Shown piece after piece: positions 60,470 through 64,000 of a stretch of 64,000 bases of DNA. Source of the DNA: Ostreococcus lucimarinus (taxonomy: Eukaryota); assembly GCA_000092065.1 (NCBI GenBank), contig CP000583.1, one strand, 5' to 3'. The notes beneath the pieces are model-generated. The model was not told the DNA's origin, did no database searches, and saw nothing but the letters and a program-made list of their open reading frames with translations. A program made the translations under genes and the position numbers. Numbering within the stretch: position 1 is the first letter of the stretch; every line of letters begins with the position of its first letter.

Positions 60470-61567
60470 TTACTCCTCGCGCGCGAGCGCGCGCTCGTCG
60501 TCGAAGCGCTCGACGTCGAAGCGCTCGTCGTCGAGCGCGAGCGCGGGCTCGATGCTCGCCGCGGGTTCGAAAAACTCGAGAGCGCGCCACCACAGGTACG
60601 TCACCGCCGCGACGCACCACAACATCTTTCCGAACACGACGCCGCGGCGGTACAGCCTGTAAAGACGCCCCATGAACGTGTCCCACGTGTCGTACGCGCG
60701 GTCGTACGCGAGCTCGACGCGATGGGCGACGTCGTCCCAGTTGTACAACGCCTCGACGCGCTCGTGAATCCGCCACGGATCGGCGCGCGGGAGCGCTTCG
60801 AGACACTCGTCGAGAGCGTCCAGGATGGACTGCACGTCCGGCTTCGCTAAGAACATGATATCTTCTGGTAATACCTCTGGAACGCCTCCCACCGCGGTGG
60901 CGACGACGAGACATCCGCACGACGCCGCTTCGAGGACGGCGATGCAAAACGACTCCGTGAGCGAGGCGTTGAGGAACACGTCGCCTCGACGAAGCACTTC
61001 TGGGACCTTGTCGTGCGACACGCTCCCGAGAATGGTGACGCGCTCGGTCAAACCCGCATCTTCGATCGCCTTCTCCAAATGCTTCCGCATCGATCCATCG
61101 CCCGCGATTAGGAAATCTAAATCGTCGTGCTCGGCGCACGCGAGCGGAATCACCCCCGCCAACAGATGCACGCCCTTGCGATACATCAATCTCGACGTCA
61201 CCACCACCGTCCTGCGTCCTTTCTTCCGCTTCGTCACATCCGGCGTGAATCTCACGGAGTCCACGGCGTTCGGGATGACGCTCACGCGCTCCGGCGCCAA
61301 ACCTGGCTCGCCCCCGAGCAAGTACCCGCTCCGCAAAACCGTATTCTCCTTCGCCGTGTGACTGACGCAAATCGCGTGCTGCGTGTCCGCCAACGTCATG
61401 TCCAATAACTTGTTCGTGTGAATCGCCCCGACGTCCGCGAAACCAAACAACGAGTGATCGGTGAACACGCACTTCATTCCCATCGTTCGCGCGTACAGTA
61501 TGCCCTCGTGCGACATCGTGCACCCTTGGTGCGCGTGCACCAGCGTCACGCCTTCGCGAACGCACGT
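60470..61567 (-). CDS. PIGA: Phosphatidylinositol N-acetylglucosaminyltransferase subunit A (PIG-A, GPI-anchor biosynthesis, GT4), exon 2
   Basis: …CVREGVTLVHAHQGCTMSHEGILYARTMGMKCVFTDHSLFGFADVGAIHTNKLL…VVVTSRLMYRKGVHLL…FLNASLTESFCIAVLEAASCG… is collinear with PIG-A. Acceptor TAG at complement of 61568-61570. Confidence 0.8.
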   Translation of the reverse strand, partial: TCVREGVTLVHAHQGCTMSHEGILYARTMGMKCVFTDHSLFGFADVGAIHTNKLLDMTLADTQHAICVSHTAKENTVLRSGYLLGGEPGLAPERVSVIPNAVDSVRFTPDVTKRKKGRRTVVVTSRLMYRKGVHLLAGVIPLACAEHDDLDFLIAGDGSMRKHLEKAIEDAGLTERVTILGSVSHDKVPEVLRRGDVFLNASLTESFCIAVLEAASCGCLVVATAVGGVPEVLPEDIMFLAKPDVQSILDALDECLEALPRADPWRIHERVEALYNWDDVAHRVELAYDRAYDTWDTFMGRLYRLYRRGVVFGKMLWCVAAVTYLWWRALEFFEPAASIEPALALDDERFDVERFDDERALAREE

Positions 61568-61650
61568 CTAATTCGAATCAGAATTCGCGCGTCAGTCGAC
61601 GCGAACGAAACGAACGAGCGAACGAAACGAAAGAAACTTCGCGCGCGCGC

Positions 61651-61690
61651 GTCGCCGTCGCCGTCGTCGTCGTCGTCGTCGTCGTCGTCG
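61651..61690. repeat. (GTC)n trinucleotide microsatellite within the PIG-A intron
   Basis: gtcgccgtcgccgtcgtcgtcgtcgtcgtcgtcgtcgtcg read directly. Confidence 0.9.
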
Positions 61691-61693
61691 CAC

Positions 61694-62026
61694 CTTTCTA
61701 AATAACTTGAACCCGCCGAGAAAATTTGGAAACGTACAGTTGTCGTACATGACCACCCTCGGCACGTGATACACCTTGATCCCGCGCGTGATCCACCGCA
61801 CGCCCACGCGTCCGGGATGCGCGTGCGTGTACACCACCACCTTGTGTCCGCGCGCGCGCAATCTCGCGGCGAGGGCGTAGATGTGGAGCTCGACGCCGCC
61901 GATCGACGGCAGGAAAAAGTCGCTCAGCATCAAGACGCAGTGCTTCCGACGCGCGACGACGGGCGACGACGCCGACGTCGATGGCGCGTCGTCGGCGTCG
62001 TTCGGGGCGCGACGCGCGCGCGTCAT
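61694..62026 (-). CDS. PIGA: PIG-A exon 1
   Basis: MTRARR…HCVLMLSDFFLPSIGGVELHIYALAARLRARGHKVVVYTHAH…NFLGGFKLFRK, then the donor GTGCGA (complement of 61688-61693). Confidence 0.75.
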
Positions 62027-62239
62027 GGCGCGCGCGCGGCGGCGTGTGCGGCGGCGCGGTGCGAAAGTGAGTCGTCGTCGTGAAAAAGTTTGAGGACAAA
62101 GATGCGATTTTTCGGGCGCGCCGGCGGAGGAGGGAGACGGAGGACGAGACGACGAGGGAACGCGCGATTCGACGCGGGATGCGCGTGGAATGAATCTGAC
62201 TATTATGAACGATCGCTGAGATTCAAAATCATTCGGGAT

Positions 62240-64000
62240 TCAAAATCCTTTGGCGGCGCGAGAACGCGGGAGGATGTCGCCTCGACCGCGCTTGAGCCAT
62301 AGGTTGATGGAGGCGCGGTGCGCGCGCGTGACGTATTTCAAAACCTCGTCGATGAAGATGACGGGAATGGAGAACCAAAACACCGCGCGCCACTCTTCGT
62401 AGTTGAGCGCGGTGATGGTGAACGTCTTCGCGAAGGATGGGACGTACATGATGATGAAATGGAGCCACATGCTGATGACGATGGAGACGAGCAACCAGAC
62501 ATTCGTCGTCGGCGGGTGGGAGAATAACGATTTGTTCTCGCTCAGTGAGTTCAACGCGTTGAACATTTCGATCAATACTAGGGTCGACATCGCCATCGTG
62601 CTCGGTCGACGATCTTTGAAGGATTCACACGCGTCTCCGATGCATCGCGAGGCGCTCGTGAGCTCTGCCCACGTCATTTGCGGGCCGCCGGGGTACGACA
62701 TAAACCACCATCCGAACGACCCAACGGTCGCTATGCCGACGTAAACGCCGATAATGAGGTACCGAATCAGTAACCATCGATCAACGATCTGCTCACGCGG
62801 ACTCCGAGGTCGTTGACGCATGATGTCACCATCCGCGCGGTTGAAACCAAGCGCGGTGGCGGGTAATCCGTCGGTGACGAGATTAACCCACAAAAGTTGC
62901 ACCGGAACGAGCGTCTCCGGGAACCCAAGGGCGGCGGCGATAAAAATACACACCACTTCGCCGATATTTGAGCTCACCATGTAGCGAATAAATTGCTTCG
63001 TATTGTTGTAGATTGCGCGACCCTCCGCGACGGCTTCGACGATGGTGCTAAAGTTATCGTCTGCGAGCACCATATCGGCGGCGCCTTTGGCAACCGCGGT
63101 ACCGCTTCCCATGGCAATCCCGATGTCCGCGCATTTGAGTGCCGGAGCATCATTCACACCATCGCCCGTCATCGCGACGATGTTGTCCTGCCGCTTCAAA
63201 ATCTCGACGAGCTTGCTCTTTTGCGCGGGCTCGACGCGAGAAAAGACGCACATCGTCCGCGCCGCTTCTTCGCGCTGCTCGATCGTCATCGCCTCAAACT
63301 CCACACCGGTGAAAGATTTTCCCTTGAAACTATTTTGAGTTGAACCACCCGTCAAAGGATCGATCGAGTTGCTCAAGCCAATCTGCGATGCGATGGCTTC
63401 TGCGGTTTGTTGGTTGTCGCCGGTGACCATGATGACGCGAATACCCGCGTCTTTGCACGTTTGTAACGAATAACGCACCTCCGGGCGCGGTGGATCAATC
63501 ATTCCAACAAGACCAATGAATGTGAGATTGTTTTCGTCCGTCTCAGAGCACGTCGTTACGCCTCGACCCATGGGGCGCATCGCGAGCGCCAACACGCGTA
63601 GGGCGTCATTGGCGTAGCCTCGCATTTGCTCCGCCACTTGTTCGCGAACTTGATCCGTCATTCTTTCCGCTCGGCCGTTGCGATTAGACATAACCGACGT
63701 GCAAAGTGACAGAACACTCTCCGGTGCACCTTTGACGAATAGAATGGATTCATCATTTCGAGAGCATAGCGTTGACATGCGCTTGCGTTCGCTCGTAAAC
63801 TCCGCCGTCGCGAGCTTTGTAAATTCCGAATCCCAATATTGTGTGCTATGCATGTCCTGGTCGCTCTGAGCTCGCCCGAGTATTCCGGAATCCGAAGGTA
63901 GTCCAATCTTTTCCGTGAGCACGCGAAGAGCAATCTCTGTCGCTTCTCCAATCTTCTCAAAAGATCCCTTTTCCTTGTCGAAATTCAGCGTGGAATCGTT
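62240..64000 (-). CDS. SERCA/ECA-type P-type Ca2+-transporting ATPase, 3' part only; the gene continues beyond the window end
   Basis: …EFTSERKRMSTLC…FVKGAPE… and the hinge region VAMTGDGVNDAPALKCADIGIAMGSGTAVAKGAADMVLADDNF, then TM7-10. The frame is open to position 64000. Confidence 0.85.
   Translation of the reverse strand, partial: NDSTLNFDKEKGSFEKIGEATEIALRVLTEKIGLPSDSGILGRAQSDQDMHSTQYWDSEFTKLATAEFTSERKRMSTLCSRNDESILFVKGAPESVLSLCTSVMSNRNGRAERMTDQVREQVAEQMRGYANDALRVLALAMRPMGRGVTTCSETDENNLTFIGLVGMIDPPRPEVRYSLQTCKDAGIRVIMVTGDNQQTAEAIASQIGLSNSIDPLTGGSTQNSFKGKSFTGVEFEAMTIEQREEAARTMCVFSRVEPAQKSKLVEILKRQDNIVAMTGDGVNDAPALKCADIGIAMGSGTAVAKGAADMVLADDNFSTIVEAVAEGRAIYNNTKQFIRYMVSSNIGEVVCIFIAAALGFPETLVPVQLLWVNLVTDGLPATALGFNRADGDIMRQRPRSPREQIVDRWLLIRYLIIGVYVGIATVGSFGWWFMSYPGGPQMTWAELTSASRCIGDACESFKDRRPSTMAMSTLVLIEMFNALNSLSENKSLFSHPPTTNVWLLVSIVISMWLHFIIMYVPSFAKTFTITALNYEEWRAVFWFSIPVIFIDEVLKYVTRAHRASINLWLKRGRGDILPRSRAAKGF

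Noticed and set aside
61571-61582. TTCGAATC (tRNA T-loop-like) string
   Set aside because: The flanking sequence lacks the GGTTCGAATCC context and cannot form a cloverleaf. It lies at the PIG-A intron acceptor. No convincing tRNA was seen anywhere by eye, but a tRNAscan run was not possible.
1-64000. Prokaryotic or operon interpretation, CRISPR arrays, rRNA genes
   Set aside because: Genes are split by GT..AG introns, carry organelle presequences and peroxisomal or ER signals, and belong to eukaryote-only families (eIF5B, TIM50, PIG-A, EB1, p24, makorin). No repeat-spacer arrays and no rRNA-like segments were seen.

Overview
High-GC (~65%), gene-dense nuclear DNA, not prokaryotic. It has short spliceosomal introns, organelle-type presequences and about 30 protein-coding genes in 64 kb. 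Convergent genes lie only 40-120 bp stop-to-stop. A prasinophyte-type Lhcp chlorophyll a/b-binding protein, a compact genome and GTGCG-type intron donors suggest a Mamiellophyceae green alga (Micromonas-like). That assignment is inference only. Identified genes by similarity from the translated ORFs: two Lhcp copies arranged head-to-head as a ~2.6 kb palindrome; a Rubisco-LSMT-like SET methyltransferase; a DEAD-box helicase; a DUF92/TMEM19 membrane protein; an alpha/beta hydrolase; a peroxisomal multifunctional beta-oxidation enzyme ending in the PTS1 tripeptide SRL; a CD36/SCARB-family protein; a METTL9-like methyltransferase; an OTU deubiquitinase; a makorin-type CCCH/RING protein; cobalamin-dependent methionine synthase; TIM50; an AMPK/SnRK1 beta subunit; a PP2C-protein kinase fusion; an SDR; a DEAH-box helicase (DHX57/DHX29-like); a TPR protein; plastid SufC; a TLDc protein; a membrane cyclic-nucleotide phosphodiesterase; an F-box protein; eIF5B carrying an embedded EMAP/Myf tRNA-binding domain; a DnaJ/TPR protein; organellar IF3; a C2H2 zinc-finger protein with a C-terminal RidA/YjgF domain; EB1; RNA polymerase I subunit RPA12; a sulfotransferase; an emp24/p24 cargo receptor; PIG-A; and the 3' part of a SERCA-type Ca-ATPase. 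No rRNA genes, CRISPR arrays or obvious transposons were recognised, and tRNAs were not systematically excluded. Exon/intron boundaries come from frame continuity plus GT..AG inspection and are approximate.
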